Shown here piece after piece: positions 36,647 through 50,500 of a DNA stretch of 64,000 bases. Location of the stretch: contig OZ176056.1 in NCBI GenBank assembly GCA_964247055.1, forward strand, positions 6,448,001 through 6,512,000, in the 5' to 3' direction. Under the pieces are notes generated by a model. It searched no databases. It was given only the letters and a program-made list of their open reading frames with translations, and was not told where the DNA came from. How positions within the stretch are numbered: the first letter of the stretch is position 1; every line of letters starts with the position of its first letter. A program made the translations under genes and the position numbers. The DNA comes from Paragordius varius. Lineage: Eukaryota; Animalia; Nematomorpha.

Positions 36647-37356
36647 TTATTTTTGCTTGGACTGGTACTTAAATGCATGTAATTCATATGGTTTCAATGA
36701 TTGAATCATATCGGAAGAATAAATATTATTTGAAGCTTTTACGTTTTTCAAATATTTTTTTTCAAGCTTTGTATCGACACTTTCAATCGGATCCAAATAA
36801 TTGAGTGTTGTTTTTTCAAGCAAGTATTCATTATGAGGTGATAATAGGGTGGAAATATCAATCTAAAAGTAATTATTACGGCAAATAATTAAATATATAC
36901 CATTTAAGATTCAACGTGTCCCTCGAACAATTCAAATTAATTATTTGTTTTGAGGATTAACTAACTAACTTCTAAATGTGAAATATATCTTTACGTCTTA
37001 GTTTATTATTTTTTTCCGTATTATATTAATTTTAAACTTAATTTCATTTTTTAAAATTATAGAAATATATAGCTATATTTGATCTTAAAATACACTTAAT
37101 TCGTTTTATGAATTTCAATTGTTCGAGTTTAATTGTTTGATATGTAAATATGTAAGGAGTCAACATAATAAAAAATAAAAGTTGGTCATTTTTTAAAAGA
37201 AGGAAATTATATTTTTGGATATCTAATGTTTTCGCAGAATATTTTAAGTAAATCGTTAATTTTATATCTAAAAACAGAATTACACCGGTTAGGTTATATC
37301 ATAAAAATTTGACAATAAATAATTTAATATTTAAAAAAATAGTCATTTTTATTTTG

Positions 37357-37402
<46 letters not shown>

Positions 37403-40400
37403 TTTATAGTTCAAATTCACCCTTGAACAATTTTCACCATCGAACAATTCAAATTCACCCTTGAACGATTCAAATTGACCCTAAAAATAAATTATGTTTT
37501 TCAAACTTATATAACTCATTATTATTATGAAATATATCTTTATGGCATAGTTTATTATTTTTTCAGTATTAGATTAATTTAAAATTTTATTTCCCAAAAT
37601 ATATAAAAATATAGGAAATTTTAATTTTTAAAAAAAACATATAATTAATTTGAGGGTGAATTTGAATTGTTCGAGGGTGAATTGAATTGTTTAAGGGTGA
37701 ATTCGAATTGTAATACTTTTATATATAATATTAGATAAAAATAATTTATATACTTGATATGTTTGATTGAAATTTGGGGCCATGTAATGTTCATCCATAA
37801 CGTTTGCATGTATGGTTAATCCATAATACTTTATAATTTCATCATACATAAATATATTAAAAATAAGCGAAAAATTGGTAATTATTTTTTCAAAAAAATA
37901 GAGTAAAAATATAAGTTTAAGGCAAAAAATGGATAATTAATTAAATTTTTTTTTGAAAAACCGTATTTTTAATAAATGAATCTCGTTTTGATCGAGGAGG
38001 AAGGAATAAAGATGGTAATAAAACTTTCATTTTTTCAATAGTGAGAGAGAAAATCAGGAATCAATAAAATATAAATTTTATAGACTTTTTATATTTTGAC
38101 TTTAAAACTAAATATCACAGTAATGATTCAAATAAAATTTTCATAATTTTTACCGTTGATAGAGAATGATTAAACATTTTGAAATTGACTAGATGTATAT
38201 TATTCGAGGTTGACAAATATGTCTTTAACGCAATCTGTTGATTTACATTATCAGTTGTTAGTAATATAGATATTGGTTGTAATAATTGTAAGGATTGTCG
38301 CCAGGCCTTAGCACTCCAATGTCCAAATGTGTTGTCATCTATTCACATGAAAAAAAGTTGTTAATAGTAACTTATTTCTAATTTTATTTTTTTTTGAAAA
38401 AAATTATTTTAATTTAAAAAAAAAAGGGGGGGGGGAGGTGACGATATTTTTAGAATTTTTAGAAAGAGTGACTGCATTCAAATCAAAATGCAATGTTTGA
38501 TATGAAATATATCATTATACTCTAATAGTGGTGCCTTATAAATGATAATATAAAAGAATTAAAAAAAATAGTTTACGATTACGATATTCTAAAATATGTT
38601 TCACATATAATATTTATACTTTTATTATAATTTTAGTTTAATTTATAAACATAAAATTTCCATATTGATTTCACTGATCATTACAATTTGAAGTTATGAT
38701 AAGCTTTTCTACCAAGTTCGAAAAAAATGGTTAAAATGCAATACCAATGTGATCATTTGCGACAATTGGCATAGATTTTTCCATAACAAGCCTAAATCGA
38801 TTAGTATAGGGGATATTATCTGTTGGTGGTTCTTGAAGCCCCCTATTATCATCTTGTATTAATCGTCTATCAAGGATTACCTCTAACCTACCTGAGAAAT
38901 AAAAAAAGCCTATAAATTGAAAATCATAAATTGTATGATAAAAAAAAGTATTTAAAGAAAAGCTCGAAAAAGGTTAAAAAATATTGACCAAAATATAAAT
39001 TATGTAGTATAAAAGCAGAATAAACTTTTTTAAAAATAAGAGTATCTGTAAAAAGATAAAATAACGGTATAAAAAATAAAATTACAAGGACATAAAATAA
39101 AAAGGCATCATCTTCTAGTAAAAAACCCATAATTTTAAAGCCTTTAACACAAACAATAATTTAGATTAAAATGAGAGTTATCGAATTAAAGTATTACCAA
39201 TATATATAGCTATTCCTTATTTTGCAAACCCAAATAAATAAATAGGTTATATAAAACGTTTAATAAAATAATATATACTTTGTTTATGGTTGTATGATTT
39301 CAGTATTTTTTTTTTGAAAATAAAATTAATTTTTTTATATATTAATTTTTATCGTAAAAAACCTTGATTAAGATTGGCAACACCCAAGGGTTGAGCAGTT
39401 AAAATTGACATTCGATTCCATAGTTTTGAATCTATCACGAAATGAAAAAATTGAAATCATTCATGTGTTAAACATTAATTTTTTAAACAATTATTGCCGT
39501 TTTTTATGCAAAAAATGGTACAATATAAAATTTTTACTATATAAAAAATTAATTTTATCATTTGTCAATTTATATTTAAAAAAAATGACGAGAAAATAAT
39601 AACCAGTAGATGTGTAGCCTTCAAGATAAGCCGTGGTTGGCATAGGATAAAAATTTGCTTGAATTGGTAATTTAGAAAAATATCGACGTTTTTGCATCTA
39701 TATGAAAGAGTTTTTGAAAGCAAATGTCAATAAATTTGAGTGTTTAAATAAATACAGTAAAATTGAAAAACAAAACACTTAAAACTAAAAGATATTATAA
39801 TAAATTTTTTTGAAAAAATATTTTTAATTCTTGATATAATCTATAAAGAAAAATAATTAATTTTCTACATTCACAACCTAATCGATATAGGTTGTATTGA
39901 AAAAATCGGGGTTATATGGTACATAAAAAAGATATTTACATAAAAAATTATAATTATACGGACAAAATGTAAAAATATAAAGACAAAAATTTTAATCTAA
40001 AAGACAACCATACTTTTATATCTTAATTTTGCCTTAAATATATCGATTGTTTTAAACTGCAAAGTATAAAATAGAGTGTAAAACGGTGAAACAATATGAT
40101 TTTTATAGAAGAAATTAAGATCTTAAATAAGTATGGTTTTTACGTTTTGTCCGTATAATTTCAATTTTTACTGTATTTATTTATTCATTTAACTTGTCTT
40201 TATAATTTATAATTTTTTGTATGATTGTGGGTAATCATAAAAAACAAAAATATAAAAAATTTATTTATGTTCAAAAGCGTTATATTTTATCAGATTTTAA
40301 AGGAGTTTAGAATATTTAACAATATATACGTGAAATCCATTGTTGTCAGTATAAAAATATTCCTGATTATTTATGGACGTGTCAATATTCATTGCTAATT

Positions 40401-43400
40401 CCTTATTGCTATTCTCAACAAAATCATTGAGGTAAATGGTATTTTCAATGGTTACACTATCATCCAATGCATCTATAAAGTAGGTTCAAAAAAAATTAAT
40501 GAATTAAAGTGAAAAATTATCGAAACCTAAAAAACCTAAAATAGCAATATTTTTTAAAATCTTGATTTCATTAAATAAAACCTTTTAGGGGTCACAAAAT
40601 ACAGAAGAGAGAAGTTTAAAGTGAAAACATACTAACTCAATTATATAGTTTGCTTATTTAAGATTTAAAGCAGTGATGTGTCTAACATAAAACCCTGCAA
40701 AATATTTCCATAGCCCGCCAGAAATTTTAAATAAAATAAAAAAAATTTACATAATCTCAATCGAATTGATTGATTTCTTTAACCAAACATATTTTCCGAA
40801 TTAAGTTTATCTGAATTTGGACCATGAATAGCAAAAAAAGTGTTAAAATAAAAAATACAGTCTTCCGAGTTTTGTTGGATCGAAAAAAATGCGGTTTAAG
40901 AAGCCATTTGTGTTAGACACCACCACCCCCCCCTGATTTGAAGATAATTAAAAAGAAAGAATTTGTCTTTTTTAGATTTTTTTTCAATTTCAAATAATTT
41001 TTTACAAAAAAATTTATTACCCAGATCGTTAAATTTGATACGATGCGTTAAGTAGGAATATCGTTTAGACATGGCACTTATTCTATGAGAATTGTGATAA
41101 ACCGTTTTAAAATCTTGGTATACCAATGGGAAATGGCTAATAACTTGACTTTCTACAATCCCTGTAAAATGAAAAAAAACCATATGTTAATTAAAATAAT
41201 TAAAGTAAATATAATGGAAATATTGTAATTTTTTGGGTAATTTTATGATTAAATATTGGAATAACCTTAGTTATTTACAGTAATTTAAAATAAATCTAGA
41301 TGACATTTTTAATTTTGTGTTGAAATAGCTTCAAAATTATCTGTCCTGTCATTAGGATTTAAATTATTTATTCGTTTTTCATTTTAATTTATAAATTTTT
41401 AAACCCCAAATCCATAAATATAAACTTTGGTATAAGCTAAAAAATATTAACAACAAATTGTAAATGATAATTTTTTATCAAAATTAAATAAATTATATCT
41501 GTTACAAATATTTAAGGGATTCAAGGGTTTTGATTTATTAAATATATCATTTTCACTTCGAATTCACCCACAAACATTTTTAATTCATTTTAATACCTGG
41601 TTATATTAAATTTGATCCAAATACTTTTATATAAAAAACAAGGCGGCCAAAATTATAAATATTTTCATATATATAAGTAATTGTTGTTTTTTAAAAAAAA
41701 TAATAATAAAATTAAGTGATAAACAGAATAACACCAGATAAATTATAAAAATATATATTTTAAGTTTTTTCACATTATAGTTTTAGGGTGAATTTGTAAT
41801 GTTGTTCAAGGGTTGATTGAGCTGTAAATGGCTAAAATTATAGCATTAAAATGATATTAAGATCTATTTATACCTCAAATCCATCCTTAAACATTTCAAA
41901 GTTATCCTAAAATAAATTGTGTGCTTTTGAATATCACAAAATTACCCATATATTTGTTAACAATGATTTGTTATGTTAAAAAAATTACATGGCGTAAAGA
42001 TATATTTCATATTATTAAAAAATTAAATATATATATATATATATATAAATGAACTTTGATAAATATTTTATTAGAGTTTAAATATAAATCGTTTTAATGC
42101 AAACGTAATATATTAATTTTTATACTGTTTAGAAAAAACGTTTGAGAGTTTATCAAATTTGGGCATATTTTTGCATTTTCGCGGGCCGCATGCTGTTCTA
42201 GGTTATATTTGAAATGTTTAAGGGTTTTATAGGGGGAGAAAATTGGGGGGGGGGGGAACATAGGGTTACTAACTCATGAAATGATGAGCGATATTTTTAT
42301 GTTGACGATGATAATAAGATTAATTCTCTTATTATACTTATTATTATAGGTGTTAAGGGAGGAAGAGATGATGTGAAATACCATTTACAATTCAAATTCA
42401 CCCTCGAACAATTCATATTCACCCTTGAACAATTCAAATTCACCGTAAAAATATATTGTGTGTTTTCTCAAACTAATATAACTCATTATTCATATGAATT
42501 ATATCTTTATGGCATAGTTTACTACTTTTTCAGTATTATTTTAATTTTAAACGAAACTTAATTTTTAAAAAATATATAAAAATATAGGTAATTTTTGATC
42601 TTAAAAAATATATAATTTATTTGAGGGTGAATTTGATTTGCTCGAGGGTGAATTGGATTGGTATAGCATGTAGAATACTTTTATGTCACTACTCTCTATC
42701 AAATATGTTTACATTACTCTTGACATCCGTTCACTTGTTGATTTTGGTTATTGTTAATTGGAATGAATAGCTATTAAATGATTCTTTTTTTGACAAACTC
42801 AATAACAAAAGCTGATATATTATACGTTTTCTACTCCAAATTTGGCATTTGTGGGCATCTATAATATCACTTTTTGATTGCATCAGTTCCTTTGTCTGAT
42901 TGTTTTGTGTCGGGTAAGGAAAATTAATCTAATCATTCAATTAGAATTTTTTAGGCAATGTACATTCGAGTGATTGATTGTCGTCTTTAGGTGACATAAA
43001 TTGAGGAACGGGAAATGCAGGGGCAAGTAAGTGTATTAGGAACAAAATAAAAAAAATTATTACCATCGATTGAAATAACTAATGCCATATCCTTGTGTGA
43101 TGTGCTTAGAGGTGTTTGTTTTTGCGATCCAGGTAAAAAGAGATAAGCACCTGAGGTTTCTTTGCTTTTACGAGCTTCGTAATATCCAAAACTTATTTTA
43201 ACGTCAGTGTAATCATCATCATTAACATTATTAGCATTTTCAATAATTTTCTATTACGTGTAAAGGATAAATTGTAGTAAATTTAAAATCAATCATTCGC
43301 AATTTAAATTTATGAATTTCAAAAATAATGTTATTGTGAATATAAAGAATATCACAAAATTGCCCTTTTTCCTTAATCCTAATCATATAATATGGGGTTT

Positions 43401-44503
43401 TTTATATAAAAAAATAATAGAACAAAAAAATATGCTTGATAACTTTAAATTATTACGTTTTTTATAATTTAAACTAATTCTTCAACTTAACATATCTTTT
43501 GCCTTGAATACGTAAAAACTTTCTTTCGCATATGAATGAAATATTAACAAAACATCAAAAAAATTGCACCTGTAAATAACCGCTCTCTTTATTTAATTGG
43601 TATATTTTATTATTCCGAGGCAAGGTGATATGATCAGAGGCAGAATCGATAGTTTTATCTTCAACGTAAAATCCCAACCTATTTTGTGGGAATCGAAAAT
43701 TTAACAAAACATAGTTATTAAATAATTTACAGTAAAAGTTAAAATTATACGGATATGGACAAAACAGAAAAATATAAAGACAAATATTTTTTTCTTAAAG
43801 ACAACCATACCTTTTTCAAATCTTGATTTATTTAAAGATAATTCATTGTTTGAAATTCAAGAAAAGAATAAGGATGTATATTGGTAACCACATTCAATTA
43901 TATAGTTAATGATTTTGATTAAATGCTTTTTATATGGTTTAATTAAAATTTTAAATGTATGGTTGGTTGTCTTTTGGAAAAAATGTTGTCTTAATACTTT
44001 TACGTTTTGTCCGTATAATTTCAATTTTTAATGTAATTAAAAAGTAGACATGTTTTATTAATTTTTTACCATTTTCTTCATAGATAGTTTCAAAAAACAT
44101 AAACGTATAAAAATTTAGAAATATTTTGACAATAAAATCTAAAAAAAAGATGTAAAAAATATAAACTTTTGTAAAACATTCATCCATATTTTGTGTCGCC
44201 TAAAATCACCAACATTCCAAATTGAAATATTGGCCATTTTCGATGCTCCGGACATAACACAGGGAATATTTTTACCATAATCCATTTTATTATTTGAGTT
44301 TGTAGTATAAATTTTTGGATTGTAATAAAACAAATTAATAGGCGTAATAGACAAGGGTGGTATTTCAAAATCAACTAAATTCTATGGATGTTTTGTGTTT
44401 AAAAAAAGGTAAGAATATAAATAAAAGAGCATAAAATTAAAAAGTCACATTTTAAATAAAACTACAAGATAATTTTTTTCATATAAAAAACATTGATTAA
44501 CCC

Positions 44504-44557
<54 letters not shown>

Positions 44558-47500
44558 CCCAAATATTTATAATCCTAAAAAATATGGTTTAATGTGTTAC
44601 CAATTTACATTTCTTTTCCTTTTTTAATAAAAACAATAGGAGGGCCGGTAGCAGAAAAAACTTGAGTTTTTAAAGTTATGGTTGAGTATTCAAAAATAGC
44701 TATTTAGATTATAAATTCCATCTTTAGAATACCAATATTGACTGTATATGTTAAGATTATTACAAATCAATAAAAATTAAAATTTGCCTTAAAATTGAAA
44801 AATTAGATGTTTTTTTTTCAAACCAAAAACCTCATATTTGTAATCATTTTCATCCAAAAAAGTTTCTGATGAATGCCCTTCGGTGAAAATAGGGGATATT
44901 CCAGTGTTTGTAAAATTTATGTTGGGATTAATCTGACTTTTTAACCAATGATGCGTTGAATAATCGCTCTGAGCGGGAAAATAACTCTCCAAACATATGA
45001 GGGGTGTAGGACTAAGTATTACAAGTGTCTCATGTCGCGATTGTGTTAAAGAATTTGTTAGGTATAATTGATGTCTAAATGTGATAAATGTACATATAAT
45101 ATAATTTCAAATTATAGGACGACTCAATGATCATGAATTGGAAAACATACATTAAAATACAGTTAAGTCATTCCTCTTGTGCAAAAAAAAAACAAAATTT
45201 TTCGAAACAAAATACACCATTTACAATTCAAATTGACCCTTGAACAATTTAAATTTACCCTAAAAATAGATTATGTGTTTTCAAACTAATATAACTCATT
45301 ATTATTAATGTGAAATATATCTTTATGGCTAAGTTTATTATTTTTTAAGTTTTATTTCAATTACAAATAAAATTTCAATTTTTTATAAATATATAAAAAT
45401 ATAGGTAATTTTTAATCTTAAAAAACACATAATTTATTTTTGGGGGAATTTGAATGGCAAGGTGAATTAGAAGTTTAACTGGCATATATTTTGAAATGAA
45501 TCATTGATACTAGAAATCAATTCAGTAGGGAAATGCGACCATTTTATTACGTATAAAAAAGAAAAAAAATTAGACGAAAGAAAAAGTGTTTTTAAAGTAA
45601 AATCTTATTGGGCAAAAAAGGATGGAAAAAGCATTTTCGAAAATATAAAGGTTGATATCGATTGGGTAAAACTCTAATTAGTTTAATGACCATCTATAAA
45701 TTACATATTATTTATGCAAAAATAAATCGTAAAATATAAATTTTTCAACACTTGTCCTAATAGCTAAAATCATTGGAATACAATATATAAAAACTTGATA
45801 TATTCCTCATCATCATGCTTAAATGTTGGAACATTCGATAATCGATGTTTCCCATCAAACTCCGTAATAAAGTCCATTTTTGTCGGGTTTTCTTGTTGTG
45901 ATAAATTTTGATTTTTAATTACAGATTTTGGAATAGATTGAGTATTTGACAAAAACATTAATTGTTTTATACTTTGAACCATAAGATTATCTGTTTTGTG
46001 TAATGCATCTATCATTCTAAAACGTGGAAAAAAAATCTTATATATCAGTTATATTTATAAAAATAAAGAATTAAAAAGTATGGTTGTCTTCTAGTATTTG
46101 TCTTTTTTACATTTTGTTCGTAGTAAATTTATTTATGAAAAATATGTAAAATCCCATTATTATGAAAAAACGTTTTTACAATAATTATTGATATATGGTT
46201 ACAACATAGAATATGCTACCTAAAACAAATAAATCCATCCATTTAAATACACTTGCAAAAAAACCTTTAATTAGAGATTATAACCACCTTAAAAAAAACC
46301 ATCAAAAATTCACAAAATATAAACTTTTGTGTTAAAAATCTAAAATGTCAAAAAAAATTTATGTTACATATTATAATAATCAGCCATAACATGGTGTCGA
46401 GCTGTCCCCGTTATACCATCATGATGTTGAAATAAACCCAAACTATTTCGTGCGATTTCTAAGTAATCACCATCATGCTTAAAATTATTTTCATTTTCGT
46501 TTTTGAATTCAGAAATATTGTCGTTCATATTAGCCATACTTGTTTTGCCCTTATGAATGTTTGCAAGTGAATAAAATATTTCAGCACTTCTAAAATAAGA
46601 TTTATATATATAATATATTAACCCTGAAATAAAATATATGTTTTTTAGGATTAAAAATTACCTATATATTATTCATAATTTTTTAAAAAATAAAATTTTT
46701 TGTTTTAAAAAATAATACTGGAAATATAATAAACTAAGCCAAAAAGATAAATATATTTCATATTAATAATGAGTTTTTTAAGCCTGAAAACACATACAAA
46801 CTTATTTTTAGGGCGAATTTGAATTGTAAATGCCAAGCGTACCAAATGTTTAAATACAAAAAATATTTATTTTAAAACATATATTGTTTATCAGTAAAAA
46901 AAACAATCAAAAATTATAATTAAATCACAATATTCAGATAAAAAATGAATGCAAAGAATATACTTTCAAATAAAATGCTAAAAGTTTAATATTTATAATG
47001 TAAATACAATCCGATTTATTTTATTGAGTTACCGCTAAAAATTACATAAAATCAAAATAAAATTTATCATTAGTTCATTAATTTTGTGCAAATAAAGTTA
47101 TAAATATCTATAATGGCAGAGTGTGGTAGATATTACTAAATTTTATATGAATAGGTTTATAATATATTTGAAAATCACTAAAATTAATTCATTTATAACC
47201 CATTTTTCAGCTCCAAATATTTTTATACCATACCATTTAAAAAAATGAAAATAAAAAATTAATCATTATATAAATTTGAAACAATCTTGCCTTAATCTAG
47301 TTTCTAGGACACGTCCCAATTGTTTATACAGGGGTCTTGAAGTGTAATAACCACTCCAATAGTTATCATCTCGGTCGGCATATGTAAAAAAATCACCCGA
47401 TATAATTGGAAAATTAGTTTTTGTAATTTCGATTTCATTATTTATTTCATTATTATTGTTGTTTAGATTTGAAGTATTTTGTGTATTGTCAAGCGCCTGG

Positions 47501-50500
47501 AAATAATCGGAAAGTGTACCAAATTGTACCTAACATAAATATATATATACCATTTACAATTCAAATTCACTCTTGAAAAATTCAAATTCACTCTTGAACA
47601 ATTTCAAAATCACCCTTGAACAATTCAAATTCCCTCTTGAACAGTTCAAATTTACCTTTAAACAATTCAAATTCACTCTTGAACAATTCAAATTAACCCT
47701 CTAACAATTCAAATCACCTTAAACAATTCAAATTCACCCTTATACAATTCAAATTCACCCTAAAAGAAATTATGTGTTTTGTAAAATTAAAAATTACCTA
47801 TATTTTTTTATATTTTAAAATAAATAAAATTACGTTTAATTTATATTAGCCCGAAAACACATAATTTATTAATAGGGTAAATTTAAATTGTTCAAGGGTG
47901 AATATTGTTCGAAAGTGAATTTGAATTGCAAATGGTATAACATAAAATGTTTTAAGGAAACAATTTTGCTGTATATTTGGACAAAAATTAAAAAATTACG
48001 ATAAAAATTGAAAATAAATAAAAACACATATAATGTTTAAAGTCGAATAAATTAGATAAAAAACACATGCGTACTTTATTATTTATCAAAAAATAAAAAA
48101 ATATTTTAATTATACTTCAAAAAAAATTTTCATTTCTATTGCGAAATTTCAAATTGAAAAAATATAATACCCACCATATTTTGCAAAAAAAATCGAAAAT
48201 TATCATTTTATTAACTTTAAAAACATAAAAGATTTTTTATATATATATAAACTACATCTTGCTTAAACCAATAGTGTCAAGAGATCACATGTAATTTGAA
48301 TTATGGTAAAATTTATTGTAAAGTGGTAAAATTATAATTCTCACAAATTATTTTTATGTCATTCATGCATCCTAAAACAATATATATTATCAAAAAATTT
48401 TACATATAGTTTAGTTTCAAAAATTTAATGATTACTTTAACATTCAATTCAGGGTGCGCGGTAAAATAATCCATAAGTCGTAAATAATTTTCCATTTGAT
48501 ATTTCCATTCAGCCGGTTTTTGGTAACGGAAATCATCACCAAGCGGTACAAGCAAATTGTTTGTGCGATATAGTTGAGCCTTTTTCCTATACTGATCTAG
48601 GAGTAAGTGGGCTCTAAAAAATTTATTTTAGGTTTACATTTTATTTAAACTAAAAAAATTTCGATATAGAATTAAACAACTTTTTGTGTAAAAAGTGTTT
48701 TAAACTAGCGAAAAAATAGTATCTTTGTCGGGCTTGAAAAAATCCATAAATTAAGCTTTGGAAAAAGGTTTAAATTGTAAATATATTTATATAATGTTTA
48801 ATTACAAAAGTCATGATCGGTTCTAATAGGATTTGGCATAAAGATGAATATATAGTAAAGGGAATATAAGCATATCCTTAAAACTAAGAAAAATAGTCGG
48901 TAAAATTACCAGTTATATACTTCATACCACATGGCTCAACACAATAATAAAAGACTTCGAATCGATTAATTGAAATGTAGAATTAGCGGTATCAAGAAAA
49001 GATTGGAAAAAAATTAAGGGGTGTACCCCGCCATTTAATGGTGAATCAACATATAAATGATTAAAAAATTGTATAAGTTAAGAAATTATTTACAAAAATT
49101 AGAGTGGAAATAACATGTGCAATACAGAAAAACATATAATAGTAATCAATTAAAAACATTCATGATTTTCGCTCAACTCGTATTCGTATCGTCTTTGTGT
49201 AATGGCTAGCCATTGTCTCCGTATAGAAGCTGTCTGTAATATTTGCGATCCTGCCAGGCGTTATCATCGATGTTGGCAACACTTAAATCATTATTTATTG
49301 TATTTTCCCAGTTAAATGTTGTGGTCTACCCCTTCGATTGTAACCTTGAGATGCCATTGTTCTGGAGGACGTTTGATGTGTCCGAAATATCTAAGCCTAT
49401 TTTTTCTGAGCATGACATTTAAAGGTTTGGTACAGTTGATGTAAATTTGAATTTGGCTTATTGGGTTGGAATAAATTTAGTATCCGTTTTTCTAAGTTCA
49501 TTAGTTTTTTCTCGATTGAATCTGTCATCGGCCACGTTTCGCAACCATACAGGAGTATGGGACGTATGCCGGCTTTGTAAATCAAACCTTTGTTTTTTGC
49601 TGATATGTGTTTATTTTTGAGGACAAATTTAAGTTGATGATATTTTACCCAAGCCTGTTGGGATCTATATTTAACTGATTGGTTTATTCCACCTAGGCAA
49701 TGTATGACATCGCCCAAGTATTTGAAATTATTCACCAATTCGATTTTGGTGTCTGCCATATAAACGTAATTTAGGGAAGTGGATGAGTGATTTATTGTTT
49801 TATTTTTACATGATTCACATATAAATTTGTCATTGTTGATTAATTTCCCTTTTATAAGCGAGCACTTTTTGTGTCTTATTGCATGATGTACAAAGGATTG
49901 AATTGAGTTTAACATCTAAATCACATACTCCACATGGAAACTTAGGTCGTTCATATAAAGTTTCACCCCTTTGTTTTGCTTATATTTATATTCATTCCAC
50001 CCTTTTCTAAGTGTGATTTCCATGTGTTGTACTTTTGTTTCGCTCAACTATAAATGCATTATCAACACTAAGAGAATTATAAAAAATTTGATAGATAGTA
50101 CATTATTAAACCCTTTTTAACCATAGATCAAACCGATTTTCGCTATATATCAATTTAATCGCCCAAAAACTCAACTCATTCTCATTGATTAAACGCGGCA
50201 CCTTTAATTAGCATTGTCAGCTGTTACAATTTCAGGTTGACGATTCAAATTATTTGTTTTTAAATTTTGGGCTGTTTCTACTATTATAGTTTTTAATGTT
50301 TTTTTTCAGTTAGAGAACAAAAAAGGTCACTCAATCGCCTTTTAAAAAAATAAAAAACGCTACCTTTCTTCCACATTATCAGCTGTTATCATTTCAGGTT
50401 GACGGTTCCAAGGACACGTGAATTTCAGACCGGCTTGTGGTAGGCGTCCAAAATCGAATTGACAACAGGCAGCTGGATCCGGACCACATGAATGAGGGGC

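Noticed and set aside
37960-38060. Purine/pyrimidine-skewed segment as an extra MAN2A exon
   Set aside because: No usable acceptor in frame, and exons 21 and 22 already join correctly.
42660-43020. GC-elevated island in MAN2A intron 15 with a 65-codon open stretch
   Set aside because: The phase-compatible acceptor leads to a stop, there is no mannosidase similarity, and exons 15 and 16 join without it. Probably an old TE remnant.
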